Shown here piece by piece: positions 38,654 through 48,269 of a stretch of 64,000 nt of DNA; the first letter of the stretch is position 1; each line of letters opens with the position of its first letter. The position numbers were made by a program, and so were the translations under genes. The stretch lies in assembly GCA_049694315.1 (NCBI GenBank), contig JBAVQU010000023.1, forward strand, positions 1,135-65,134. Direction: 5' to 3'. Source of the DNA: Candidatus Zixiibacteriota bacterium (GTDB lineage Bacteria; Zixibacteria; MSB-5A5; SM1-73). The notes under the pieces are model-generated. The model was not told the origin of the DNA. It searched no databases and worked only from the letters and a program-made list of their open reading frames with translations.

Positions 38654-39808
38654 CTATTTCTTGGCTTTGATGAGAAGGACTATTCCCAGGAGGGCAAAGA
38701 GGATGTTGGTCACCCAGGCGGCCAAAAGCGGCGGGAGTTTTTCCGAGTAGCCCAGGGATTGGGCCATCCGAATAAGGGTGTAGTATACAAACGCGATGAA
38801 AAGACTAATGGCGAATCCGATGGCCAAGCCCGATCGTTTCGGATTGGCAGCGATCGGCGCACCAAACAGCACGATGATGAAGCTAATCAGCGGGAACGAT
38901 ATCTTCAGATTCAAATCAGTGGCTTCCTTTGCCACCAGCTGTCCGCTTCTCTTCCTGATCTTGACATATTTGGCCAGCTCAAAGTACCCCATCTCGTCAG
39001 GCTGCTTCTGTTTTTGGGTCAAAACCTCCGGGGTGATCTTTAGGTCCATGCGAAAGAGCTTGTCGAACGGCTGGTATTCTTCTATTCCGGCGCCGGTTTT
39101 TTCCGCAGCCGGCACTGCCAGCGAACCGGTGTCTTTTTCGCTGGAAGCGGAAGTGCGCTCGGCTGAGTCGGAAAAGACCATCTCCACCCCGTCCTGGAAA
39201 AGCCAGCCGCTCTCTTTGAATTGTGCCTTCTTGGCCCGAATTTCTTCCTTCAATCGGTTCTCCTGAAATTTCTGTACTAGGACATCCGTCCCCATGTTTG
39301 CCTTGGTGTCATAGGTGGAGAGATGAAATATCCTTCCATCCGCTCCCTGAACGAAGATATCCCGCAGGGTCAGGTTTACCTCTTTCCTCCCCTTCTCTAT
39401 CTCCACGGTCTTGACCTCCTTCATCTTCTGGTAAGTGGTGGGGATGATGGTTTCACCGAAAACGATGGCCAGAAGACCTATCAAAAAAGAAAGGACAAAC
39501 AGAGGAGACAGTATGCGATAGAGGCTGATGCCCGTGGACTTCATGGCGGTAAGCTCATTGTGCCTGGCCAGCTGTCCTAACGAGAAAAGGCAGGCGAGAA
39601 GCATGGCCACGGGAAGGGCAAGAATTACAATGTAGGGGGTATAGAAAAGGTAATACTTAACGACCAGAAGGAGGGTGGCGTGTTTATCGATGAAATCATC
39701 CAAGTGCTCCACCAGATCCACCACCAAAAAGATGATCCAGAAGGCGGTCAGGCTGAAGAGCAGGACAAAAGAGAATTGCTTGATCAGATATCTATCTAAT
39801 ATTCTCAT
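38654..39808 (-). CDS. LptF/LptG-family LPS export permease (YjgP/YjgQ)
   Basis: N-terminus MRILDRYLIKQFSFVLLFSLTAFWIIFLVVDLVEHLDDFI. Six TM helices with a large periplasmic loop between TM3 and TM4. Confidence 0.8.
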   Translation of the reverse strand: MRILDRYLIKQFSFVLLFSLTAFWIIFLVVDLVEHLDDFIDKHATLLLVVKYYLFYTPYIVILALPVAMLLACLFSLGQLARHNELTAMKSTGISLYRILSPLFVLSFLIGLLAIVFGETIIPTTYQKMKEVKTVEIEKGRKEVNLTLRDIFVQGADGRIFHLSTYDTKANMGTDVLVQKFQENRLKEEIRAKKAQFKESGWLFQDGVEMVFSDSAERTSASSEKDTGSLAVPAAEKTGAGIEEYQPFDKLFRMDLKITPEVLTQKQKQPDEMGYFELAKYVKIRKRSGQLVAKEATDLNLKISFPLISFIIVLFGAPIAANPKRSGLAIGFAISLFIAFVYYTLIRMAQSLGYSEKLPPLLAAWVTNILFALLGIVLLIKAKK

Positions 39809-39987
39809 AAACCACAGGCGCACCGAAGGATTTCACATTATCATGGTGGGCGATTCGCATGCATCCCTCCGCATTGGGGTAGCGGAACAACCCCGAGAGA
39901 TGGCTTCGTCTTTCCCGGCCTCCGCCGGGACTCTCCTGGCCACAACTCCTCTTTGACCTCAGTATTAGTCTTGAACCTTTGAACCTT

Positions 39988-41367
39988 TTACTTCTGTGTC
40001 TGGGTCGTCGACTCCGGACCCTGGACCCGGAATCTTTTGGGCACGAACTTCTCCGTCCATTTCCAGGAAATGAACTTGGTCTCTTTGGCGGATTTGACCA
40101 AAATGTATGTCCCCGCTCCCCCGATTACGATATTCGCTGACCACATCGCCCAGAAGGCGGGGATCAGTCCCCGGTCTGCCAGCTCTTCTCCTCCGATCAG
40201 AAATGCCCAATACAGGACGAAAAACCCCAGGCTCAGGCCCAGCCCCACGGCCACCCCGCCTTTTCGGGCCATGATCCCTAAGGGTGCCCCTACCAATACG
40301 AACACCAGACAGGCAGCGGCCAGAGCATATTTCTTGTAGACTTCTACCATCAGACTATTTTGATACCTTCTCTGGTTATCGATGTTTTGCTGTTCGCCAG
40401 AAATCTGATTGAGGGTATTCTGATTTTGCTGCAAAAGATCGTTCACCAGCCGGCTCTGGTTTGACTGAGGAGCGCCCACCTGGTCTTTCGATCCTTTGGC
40501 CCGATCCCAGGCCGAGCTGATTATTTTCGCGATCTGCTCCTGGGATGCGATTACATTGACCTCCACCTCCCTTATGTCATTAAGCATCTGGGTTGAAGTT
40601 TTCTCCCGATCGGTTCGGTAATCGGACTGGGTGCGGACAAGTCTGTTCTCCAGATCATGGATATAGATCACCTGTTTGTCGAAGTTCACCTTGCGATACT
40701 GGCTGGGCTGGTTTTCGTCCGTCTCATGGATCTCGCCGTTGTAAAGCTCGAAGATCAGAGTATTCCCGTCCGGACTGAACTCCACCTTTCCTTTCTCCGC
40801 TATGATGGTGCGAGGAATGCGCCGGTCCTTCACGTCATATATGGTCACGCCCCACACGTCAGACGAATGGGGGTCGATCTTCTTTATCAATATGTGGTAG
40901 TCCGGTATCTCGTTGATGAACACGTTTTCTTTGAGATTCCAGGTGGGGCGCTTTTGGTGGATGTCGGTCATCAAAAGCCGGGCCTGATGATTGAGCTCGG
41001 GCAAAGCCCGGTCGTTGAAGACGATCATGGCCCCGGTCAAGAGAATCGAAGCGGCTAACGCCGGGAGGACCAGCCGGTAAATGCTTACTCCGCTGGCTCT
41101 GAGAGCGGTTATCTCGTTGTCCTGCGAGAGCCGGCCAAAGGCCATCAGGGTGGAGACCAATACCGCCATGGGTATGGCCAGGGCTAACATCCAGGCCAAA
41201 TTCAGGCCGAAAACCTGCAGAATGACAAAGGCATTCAGACCCTTCCCGATGATCATGTTCAAGACCTCCAGGATGAAATCCATCACCAGAACGAACATGA
41301 TCACCGCCAGTCCGAAAAAGAAAGGCCCGACGTGTTCCCGGATGACGTATCGATACAGTATCTTCAT
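39988..41367 (-). CDS. LptF/LptG-family LPS export permease (YjgP/YjgQ), paralog with enlarged periplasmic domain
   Basis: N-terminus MKILYRYVIREHVGPFFFGLAVIMFVLVMDFILEVLN. At 459 aa it is longer than typical, with a coiled-coil-like insertion in the periplasmic loop. Confidence 0.8.
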   Translation of the reverse strand: MKILYRYVIREHVGPFFFGLAVIMFVLVMDFILEVLNMIIGKGLNAFVILQVFGLNLAWMLALAIPMAVLVSTLMAFGRLSQDNEITALRASGVSIYRLVLPALAASILLTGAMIVFNDRALPELNHQARLLMTDIHQKRPTWNLKENVFINEIPDYHILIKKIDPHSSDVWGVTIYDVKDRRIPRTIIAEKGKVEFSPDGNTLIFELYNGEIHETDENQPSQYRKVNFDKQVIYIHDLENRLVRTQSDYRTDREKTSTQMLNDIREVEVNVIASQEQIAKIISSAWDRAKGSKDQVGAPQSNQSRLVNDLLQQNQNTLNQISGEQQNIDNQRRYQNSLMVEVYKKYALAAACLVFVLVGAPLGIMARKGGVAVGLGLSLGFFVLYWAFLIGGEELADRGLIPAFWAMWSANIVIGGAGTYILVKSAKETKFISWKWTEKFVPKRFRVQGPESTTQTQK

Positions 41368-41527
41368 TGGTCGCCGAAATCGGTTTAACCTCGGAACCGA
41401 ATATAGCCTCGAGCTTGGGCTGCCACAAGGATTTTTATCCTTGACTTTGTTCGGCCGGATTGCCTATATTATTCACTCGAAAACTCTTGACACGCTTGCA
41501 TGACTGCATACGCATCTGAGAAAGAGA

Positions 41528-42493
41528 ATGAAAACCCTATTCGTGAAGAATCTCAAACCCGGAAGTGAGGTGACGGAGCTTTTCGTGCTCCGGAAAAAGG
41601 AGTTCAAAGAAACCTATGATGGTCAGAGATTTCTGAAACTGGAACTGGGGGACAGAACCGGCAGGATAGACGGGGTGGTGTGGGACAATCCGGAAGAGAT
41701 CTATGATCAGGCCGAAAGCGGGCAGATAGTGAAGGTCAAGGGCTGGGTGACGACTTACAAGGAGACTCCGCAGGTCAAGGTCGAAAAACTGCGAAAGGCC
41801 AAAGAAGAGGAGATCGACTTAACCGATTTCCTGCCCGGCTCCGAGAGAGACGTAGATTCCCTGACTGAGGAATTCAAAGAGGTCATCTCCAGCATTGGAA
41901 ATGACCACTTAAGAGGGCTTTTGGAGCTTCTGGCGGAGGATTCCTCGTTGTTCAAAGAGTTCCAGAAGACTCCCGGAGGCAAGCTCTGGCACCATGCTTA
42001 CGTGGGAGGGCTTCTGACACATACCCTGACGGTGGTAGCTATCTGCGAAAAGGCGGCAAGCTTGTACCCGCTGGTCAACCGAGATCTTTTGATCACCGGC
42101 GCTCTGCTGCACGACATAGGAAAGATAAGCACCTATTCCGCCAACGGGTTTTTCGATTACACCGATGAGGGGAGGCTGGTCGGTCACATAGTCTCCGGGG
42201 TCGAGATGGTGAACATGAAAATTCGGGAGGTGGACGGTTTTCCTGCGGACTTAGCGCTCCAGCTTGAGCATCTGATTCTTTCTCATCAAGGGGAGCTGGA
42301 GTTTGCCTCGCCGGTGGTCCCTCAGACCATCGAAGCCGTCATCCTGCATTATGCAGACGAAATAGATGCCCAGGTGGATGCTTTCTCCCACATCATCAAG
42401 ACCCAGAGAGCAAAAGGGAAGAGATGGAGTGATTGGGTTCCCCTGATAAACCGGTATATTTATCTGGGAGAAGAGGGAGAGGAAAAGACTTAA
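41528..42493 (+). CDS. OB-fold plus HD-domain phosphohydrolase (YhaM-like 3'-5' exoribonuclease)
   Basis: N-terminal OB-fold (RFLKLELGDRTGRIDGVVWDN). HD motifs HHAYVGGLLTHTL and LLHDIGK. Confidence 0.75.
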   Translation: MKTLFVKNLKPGSEVTELFVLRKKEFKETYDGQRFLKLELGDRTGRIDGVVWDNPEEIYDQAESGQIVKVKGWVTTYKETPQVKVEKLRKAKEEEIDLTDFLPGSERDVDSLTEEFKEVISSIGNDHLRGLLELLAEDSSLFKEFQKTPGGKLWHHAYVGGLLTHTLTVVAICEKAASLYPLVNRDLLITGALLHDIGKISTYSANGFFDYTDEGRLVGHIVSGVEMVNMKIREVDGFPADLALQLEHLILSHQGELEFASPVVPQTIEAVILHYADEIDAQVDAFSHIIKTQRAKGKRWSDWVPLINRYIYLGEEGEEKT

Positions 42494-42656
42494 GACTGGG
42501 GACTCAAAATTCAGAGTGCAAAATGCAGAATGCAAAGTGCAGGCGATACCTCGAGTATGGTTGGGAATTTTGCGAGAACGGGGCCAGCGTTTTGAAGACT
42601 CATTTAGGATTCTCTGATTTTAGGCTCATCATCGTAGATTTGATTTGGGAGGAACG

Positions 42657-43685
42657 ATGGGATTTCTTAATTTGATCTCCAGCGACATCGGGATAGATCT
42701 GGGGACGGCAAACACGCTGATTTTCTTGAGGGGTCAAGGCATCGTGCTGAACGAGCCTTCGGTGGTGGCGGTGGAGGTCTCTTCGAAGAAGGTCTTGGCG
42801 GTGGGCGGGGAGGCCAAGGAGATGGTGGGAAGAACCCCGGGAGAGATAGTGGCCATAAGACCTCTAAAAGACGGGGTGATCGCTGATTTTGAGATAACGG
42901 AAAAGCTTCTCTCCGCCTTCATCCGGCGGGTGGTCAAGCATAGATATTTGATGAAGCCTCGGATCGTGATCTCGGTGCCTTCGGGAATAACCGAGGTGGA
43001 AAAGAGAGCGGTGCGCGACTCGGCGGAAAACGCCGGGGCCAGGGAGGTCTTCTTGATTCAGGAGCCTATGGCCGCGGCCATCGGTGTGGGATTGTCGGTG
43101 CATCTCCCCTCGGGAAGCATGGTGATAGACATAGGCGGAGGAACCTCGGAGATTGCAGTCATCGCCTTAGGGGGGATCGTCAACAACATCTCCATCCGAA
43201 TCGGCGGGGATGAGATGGACGAAGCCATTATGCTCTACCTGAAGAAGAACTACAACCTTCTGATCGGCGAAAGAACGGCCGAGGAGATCAAGATAAAGGT
43301 GGGATCGGCTTTTCCCCCGGAGGAAGAAGAGAGCATGGAAATAAAGGGGAGAGACCTGGTGGCGGGGATTCCCAAGACCATGAAGATCAGCTCGGTGCAG
43401 GTCCGAGAGGCTTTGAGCGAGCCTTTGGACCGCATTGTAGAGGCGCTGCGTCAGGCCTTAGAGCAGACCCCGCCAGAGCTTTCTGCAGACATACTCGACA
43501 AAGGCATAGTGGTCACCGGAGGGGGAGCTTTGCTCAAAGGGTTGGACCGAAGACTCAGGGAGGAGACCAATCTCCACATTCACATCGCCGAGGATCCGCT
43601 GACCTGTGTGGCCAGAGGCACCGGTAAAGTGCTCGAAGACATGGTTCAGTTCTCCAAGGTGTTGATCAAGAGCAGAAGGGATTAA
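42657..43685 (+). CDS. mreB: Rod shape-determining actin homolog MreB
   Basis: Actin-fold phosphate-1 motif [14 protein letters not shown], then [14 protein letters not shown] and [15 protein letters not shown] at 42657 with a GGGAGGA RBS; the ORF track started at an upstream TTG. Confidence 0.9.
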   Translation: MGFLNLISSDIGIDLGTANTLIFLRGQGIVLNEPSVVAVEVSSKKVLAVGGEAKEMVGRTPGEIVAIRPLKDGVIADFEITEKLLSAFIRRVVKHRYLMKPRIVISVPSGITEVEKRAVRDSAENAGAREVFLIQEPMAAAIGVGLSVHLPSGSMVIDIGGGTSEIAVIALGGIVNNISIRIGGDEMDEAIMLYLKKNYNLLIGERTAEEIKIKVGSAFPPEEEESMEIKGRDLVAGIPKTMKISSVQVREALSEPLDRIVEALRQALEQTPPELSADILDKGIVVTGGGALLKGLDRRLREETNLHIHIAEDPLTCVARGTGKVLEDMVQFSKVLIKSRRD

Positions 43686-43846
43686 GAAGGAGAATAGCGG
43701 TAAATCTGTGCTGAGAGACGAACAATCGCATTCGACCGAAACCGGCATCAGTCTTGGGGTTGTGTGCCGGTTCCTTTTTTCTCCGGGCAAAGAGAGGGTT
43801 AAACCTTTTTCCACCGTCTTGGGTCTATTTGATTGAAAGAAACGAC

Positions 43847-44407
43847 ATGAAGGATGAGAGTGACTCCGACCTGGTGCAGAGGTTCAAGGAAGGGGAAGAG
43901 AGAGCTTTCAATCAACTGGTGCTTCGTTACCAGAAAAGGATCCACGATTTAGTATACAGAATGGTCAGGAATCAAGAGGATGCGGCGGATATCTCCATGG
44001 AGGTTTTCGTGAGGGCCTACAAAGGCTTGGGAAGTTTCGAGGAAAGATCAAGCTTCCACACCTGGGTCTCGAAGATAGCAGTGAACTTATGCATCAACTT
44101 CGCCAAGAGAGAGAAATTCAGATCGTTTCTTTCGATTTTCGATCTGTCGGAAGAACCATCGACAGCGAATTCGTCTGCGGACCAGGTGGAGCGCAAGGCA
44201 CTGGGCGTGGCCATTGATCAAGCCATCAAAAGCCTGCCTCCCAGACAGAGAAGCTGTTTTGTTCTAAAGTTCTACCAGGGCTTGTCCCACAAAGAGACCG
44301 CCGAGATCCTGGGGATATCGGAGGGGGCAGTGAAGGCCAATTACTTTCAGGCAGTTCAGAAATTACAGAAGCTTTTGGCGCCATACCGGGGGGAATTTAC
44401 GGGGTGA
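43847..44407 (+). CDS. ECF (extracytoplasmic function) sigma-70 family sigma factor
   Basis: Region 2 (LVQRFKEGEERAFNQLVLRYQKRIHDLVYRMV) and region 4 HTH (LSHKETAEILGISEGAVKANYFQAVQKL). Start at the ATG at 43847. Its stop overlaps the anti-sigma start in an ATGA. Confidence 0.85.
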   Translation: MKDESDSDLVQRFKEGEERAFNQLVLRYQKRIHDLVYRMVRNQEDAADISMEVFVRAYKGLGSFEERSSFHTWVSKIAVNLCINFAKREKFRSFLSIFDLSEEPSTANSSADQVERKALGVAIDQAIKSLPPRQRSCFVLKFYQGLSHKETAEILGISEGAVKANYFQAVQKLQKLLAPYRGEFTG

Positions 44408-45045
44408 CCATGAGATGCAGAGAGGCAAATTCGCTCTTGGTCGAGTACATGGAGAATGCTCTTGATCCGGGCGACAAGGAAAGTGTGGAGCAACATCTGG
44501 CTGGATGCCAGGATTGCAGGATGAAACTGCAGGAGATGGAAGCGGTTCAGCGACTGTTGGCAGGGCACAGCGTTCCATTGCGGCAGGAGAGCTTTTGGAC
44601 GAACTTTTTGCCTCAAGTCAGATCCAGGATAGGAGAGAGGGAGAAACCCAGCGGAGTATTGATTCCCAAGACCAGATTGGCGTTCGGTTTTTTATCGGTT
44701 CTGCTCGTGGCGATAATGAGCCTTTTTCTCTATTCTGTTGACAGCCACAATGTGACCAGGCTTGCCGTCGAGCCCAAGACAGAGATTTCTGCCAGCATAT
44801 CCGATTATTCTTCCTCCGCTGAACAACTGGCGGAGGCTCTTTCGTCAAAGGGTGAGCAGTCTCTGCCGGTTGAGATGGTCCTTTCTGCAGATGAAAGACA
44901 GAATCTGGATTTGGCTGACAGCCTGGTGGCAGACGAGTACTCCAGCCAGAGGGATCTTAGCTCGATGCTATCTGAATTGAGCCAAGAGGAATTGAAGCAG
45001 TTGGAAGAGAGAATAAGCTATCTGCATACTTCTGATATCTTGTGA
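44404..45045 (+). CDS. Zinc-finger (zf-HC2-type) anti-sigma factor, single-pass membrane protein
   Basis: N-terminal C...H...C..C (CREANSLLVEYMENALDPGDKESVEQHLAGCQDCR) followed by one TM helix (LAFGFLSVLLVAIMSLFLY). Confidence 0.7.
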   Translation: MTMRCREANSLLVEYMENALDPGDKESVEQHLAGCQDCRMKLQEMEAVQRLLAGHSVPLRQESFWTNFLPQVRSRIGEREKPSGVLIPKTRLAFGFLSVLLVAIMSLFLYSVDSHNVTRLAVEPKTEISASISDYSSSAEQLAEALSSKGEQSLPVEMVLSADERQNLDLADSLVADEYSSQRDLSSMLSELSQEELKQLEERISYLHTSDIL

Positions 45046-45107
45046 ACAGTTGCGGACAGTTGGAAAAGTGAGGAAATCCGTTCAATTCGAATAAGGAGAG
45101 ACTTACC

Positions 45108-45635
45108 ATGACGTGCTTGAAGGCAATACTGGTTTTCGCCTGGATGGGCTGGATTCTCTTGCCGGCGGGAAGCACCCTCGCCCAGGGTCCTCCATCACCC
45201 GGTGACATGCCCGAGCATCGGGAGGAAAGGGAGAGAGTACGGGAAAACATCGAAACCCTCCACATGTGGAAGCTGTTGGAAGCTCTTGACTTGACCTCGG
45301 ACCAATCCGCCCGATTTCTGCCAGCTTTGAAGGATTTCCAAGAGGCCAAGAAGACGTTTGAAGACCGGAGAAGAGAGCTTTTGAGGCAGTTGGAGGCCGA
45401 TTTGGAGTCAAAAGGAAATGAGGGAGACCTGAAGGAGGCGCTGACCAATCTGGAGAACAACAGGAAGGAATTTCAACTGGAGATGGATAAGCTGTTTGAG
45501 AGATCCAGGGCCATACTTACTTTGGAACAGCAAGCCAAGTTCTTTCTTTTTGAGGACAAGTTCGAAAGGAGAATGAAAGAAACTATCGAACAGATGAGAG
45601 GTAAGCATCCCAGCGAGGAAGAATTCCATAGATAA
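45108..45635 (+). CDS. Periplasmic LTXXQ-motif (Spy/CpxP-like) protein
   Basis: Signal peptide, helical and charged composition, and the motif LTLEQQAKF. Confidence 0.6.
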   Translation: MTCLKAILVFAWMGWILLPAGSTLAQGPPSPGDMPEHREERERVRENIETLHMWKLLEALDLTSDQSARFLPALKDFQEAKKTFEDRRRELLRQLEADLESKGNEGDLKEALTNLENNRKEFQLEMDKLFERSRAILTLEQQAKFFLFEDKFERRMKETIEQMRGKHPSEEEFHR

Positions 45636-45750
45636 TGAAAGGCTGCGACCGATGAAGAATCGCCTGTGACAAAAGGCAGCAAATGCAGCATTATCGCTTT
45701 TTCGATTGTGTTTGAACCAAGTGAATGATCGTCTGCAAAGGAGGTGAGAA

Positions 45751-46242
45751 ATGACGAAGAAGAAAACCTTGCTTCTGGCAGCGGCTCTTGTTGGAGTCTT
45801 GATTCTGCTTTTCTCATTGGCTTATGCCCACGCTCCTCGTTCGCGGCTCTCGGAGAGGATAGAGAAGTTGGGTCTTTCCGACAAACAGATCAGTGACATG
45901 AAGGAGATTCAGTACAACTTCAGAAAGACTCAGATCGGACTGGTCGCGGATTTGAAGACATCCCGGCTGGAGCTGAGGCATCTGATGATGCAGGAGAAGC
46001 CGGACCAAAGCCAGATTACCAAAACCATAGATGGCATAGCCGAGGCTCAGAAGAGTCTTCTGAAGAACAACGTGGATACAAAGCTGGCCATGAAGGCGGT
46101 CCTTACTCCGGAGCAGTTCAAGAAGTTCATGCAAAGAAGGGCGGAGTGGACCGAAGAGAAGATGGAGCAAGGACGGAGGCACTTCGGGCACCGATCAGTT
46201 CGGCCGGGTGAGGAGCAACGTGAAGGATGTCCAGGAATCTAA
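45751..46242 (+). CDS. Periplasmic LTXXQ-motif (Spy/CpxP-like) protein, paralog
   Basis: Signal peptide MTKKKTLLLAAALVGVLILLFSLAYA and the motifs LSDKQISDMKEI and LTPEQFKKF. Confidence 0.65.
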   Translation: MTKKKTLLLAAALVGVLILLFSLAYAHAPRSRLSERIEKLGLSDKQISDMKEIQYNFRKTQIGLVADLKTSRLELRHLMMQEKPDQSQITKTIDGIAEAQKSLLKNNVDTKLAMKAVLTPEQFKKFMQRRAEWTEEKMEQGRRHFGHRSVRPGEEQREGCPGI

Positions 46243-46267
46243 AGATTGAATTGATCGGGACCTGACA

Positions 46268-46298
46268 AAAGCCCCGCCTTTGGCGGGGCTTTTTTGTT
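46268..46298 (+). terminator. Rho-independent terminator
   Basis: AAAAGCCCCGCC-TTTG-GCGGGGCTTTTTTGTTT. A perfect 10-bp GC-rich stem plus T-tract, 26 nt after the stop at 46242. Confidence 0.75.
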
Positions 46299-46326
46299 TG
46301 ACAACCCTCTGCCGGCATGATATTAT
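46298..46326 (+). promoter_or_regulatory. Near-consensus sigma70 promoter (TTGACA-N17-TATTAT)
   Basis: TTGACA at 46298-46303, a 17-nt spacer, TATTAT at 46321-46326. The -10 element ends only 6 nt before the ATG at 46333, so the transcript is either leaderless from that ATG or uses the Met at 46357. Confidence 0.45.
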
Positions 46327-46332
46327 GCGAAC

Positions 46333-48186
46333 ATGTCAGCCCGGTTGAACCCGAGAATGCTCAAAGTCAGGTCTTTCCACCTGATCAGTTTGATTCTGGT
46401 CTGGCATTCACTGGCCTGCTCGTCTTCGAAAGTGGAGAGGGCAAAATCCTCGTTTGAGGCATACGTGCAAGCACTTCAACAGCATCCGGAGGCGGCAAAG
46501 GGATTTTGGGACAAACAGGAGACCAAAAGATACCAGATGTACGACTGGCAATGGGGATATTTGGTTTTTCAGGGAGTTGACCCGCGTCATTTGAACTATC
46601 GGGTCATAAGCTCGGCAGAAAAGGACGGATACGTGATCCTGGGGGTCGAATGGTTTTATCAAGAAGGGAAGGCAGGGCCGTTGCAGAAAGACACCAGGTA
46701 TTTCATCGAGGAAGACGGCAGGATGGTTGGCGCCAACGCGATCTTTGTCCAGGCCCGGAATTGGAATTCCAAGAAGTCACGACATTTCGACTATCACTTC
46801 AAGCGCAAACAGGATGAGCCGGCGCGCACCCTGTTGGAGAAGATGGATCGTTTTTACGACAAGGTGACCGGCTTTTTATCCGTGGATTATGGTGACAGAA
46901 TCGACTATTACAAGTGCGATTCGACTTCAGAAGTGGGCCGGCTCTTTGAAATGGAGCCTTCCCTGGCCCGAAGCCAGAGCCTCAACGGAGTGGTGGCATC
47001 CGTCCAGAGATTCGTCCCGCATGAAGTAGTTCACATAATCTCCTACCGCATGCTTCCCCAAGGTGAAAGACGAATTCCTCTCGGATGCTTGGACGAGGGA
47101 TTATCCTACTACCTGGGGGGGGCATCTTTTTTTTCTCCGGGTCTGTTGTTGGATTGGGCGAAGAAAAAGCTAAAACAGGATGAGAATGTCCGGTTGGACA
47201 CGCTGATACAGAACCCGTGGGCCTATGGCAGCAACGAGAGCGCGGGCTTGACCTCTTCCTTGGTCAAGTTCCTCATAGAAACCCAGGGGATGACCGAATT
47301 CAGAGAGCTTTTTGCTGCCGGCGACGCTCAGAGTGAGGAGAGACAGACGCTGCAAGAAATCTATGGCAAGAGTCTGGATCAACTGCAGGCAGAATGGAAG
47401 AGCTTCGTGTCGGCTTTGTCCCTGCCGGAGATTCAAATAACGGACGGCATCGGGGGCCAGGAGCTTTTGAACATGTCCGATCCTCCGGGAGACGATAAGG
47501 GGGATGGCGATTACACCTACCCGAAAAATCAAAAAGCGCTCCCCGGAATTTTCGATCTGACCGGATTCCAGGTCAGCCAAGACGACAAAATGGTCTATTT
47601 CCAACTTCGATTCGCCAATTTAAATCATGCAGAACTCAACTCAGACACGGCATTCAACGGCACGTTCGCGGCTATCGTCATCGATTCTGATAATAGGAAT
47701 GAGAGCGGCAGCACCCAACTGTTCTTTGGCAATGGGAACTTCGAATTTTCGACACGAGATGCTTACGACTTCGTGATCGAGGTGAGCAATGCCGGAATCC
47801 TGCTCTACGATCAGGACTGGGTCTGGCATCTTCTGTTCTTGAAAGCCTCCCAAGATCAGGATCATATCAGAGGGAACGAAATTTCTTTTGCCGTTCCCAA
47901 AGAGATCATCGGGATTCCAGATTCAAGCTGGAAGTTTCAGGTGGTGATCGGAGGACAGAAGGGCGGCTACCGGAATACCGCCTACGGGGTAGGGAGGTTG
48001 ATGAAGGTGGGCGAGCTGCCTACGGCAGATCAAGGAGGAGGGGGAACTAATACCATTTTCAATCCAGACATCTACGATATCTTGACGTTGCCTGAGTGGA
48101 ATCAGGCGCAAATTCTGAGCAATTACAGTGTGACAAAAAAGAGAAGAGCCATTGTTCCCATGATAATATTGAAGGCAAAAGAGTGA
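46333..48186 (+). CDS. Lipoprotein/secreted zinc metalloprotease candidate (HExxH) with large C-terminal beta-rich domain
   Basis: Lipoprotein-type signal (LILVWHSLAC-SS). HEVVH motif in FVPHEVVHIIS. The Asp/Gly-rich C-terminal region (PPGDDKGDGDYTYPKN) resembles glucodextranase-like C-domains. The Met at 46357 is an alternative start. Confidence 0.5.
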   Translation: MSARLNPRMLKVRSFHLISLILVWHSLACSSSKVERAKSSFEAYVQALQQHPEAAKGFWDKQETKRYQMYDWQWGYLVFQGVDPRHLNYRVISSAEKDGYVILGVEWFYQEGKAGPLQKDTRYFIEEDGRMVGANAIFVQARNWNSKKSRHFDYHFKRKQDEPARTLLEKMDRFYDKVTGFLSVDYGDRIDYYKCDSTSEVGRLFEMEPSLARSQSLNGVVASVQRFVPHEVVHIISYRMLPQGERRIPLGCLDEGLSYYLGGASFFSPGLLLDWAKKKLKQDENVRLDTLIQNPWAYGSNESAGLTSSLVKFLIETQGMTEFRELFAAGDAQSEERQTLQEIYGKSLDQLQAEWKSFVSALSLPEIQITDGIGGQELLNMSDPPGDDKGDGDYTYPKNQKALPGIFDLTGFQVSQDDKMVYFQLRFANLNHAELNSDTAFNGTFAAIVIDSDNRNESGSTQLFFGNGNFEFSTRDAYDFVIEVSNAGILLYDQDWVWHLLFLKASQDQDHIRGNEISFAVPKEIIGIPDSSWKFQVVIGGQKGGYRNTAYGVGRLMKVGELPTADQGGGGTNTIFNPDIYDILTLPEWNQAQILSNYSVTKKRRAIVPMIILKAKE

Positions 48187-48269
48187 TAGGAACAGAGCGG
48201 AAAATTCCAGGCTGATACGAAAATGACCCTTATCCTTTTCCCCATGCCGGAAAGAGGGGGTGTTGGGAA

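Noticed and set aside
38463-38750. 95-aa plus-strand ORF containing the peptide RYFLALMRRTI twice
   Set aside because: The duplicated peptide is the translation of the duplicated DNA element (family D plus gene tail). There is no RBS or domain, so it is a repeat artefact.
44404-44407. Possible programmed frameshift or fusion between the sigma and anti-sigma factors
   Set aside because: It is a simple ATGA stop/start overlap, the common translational-coupling arrangement for ECF sigma/anti-sigma pairs.
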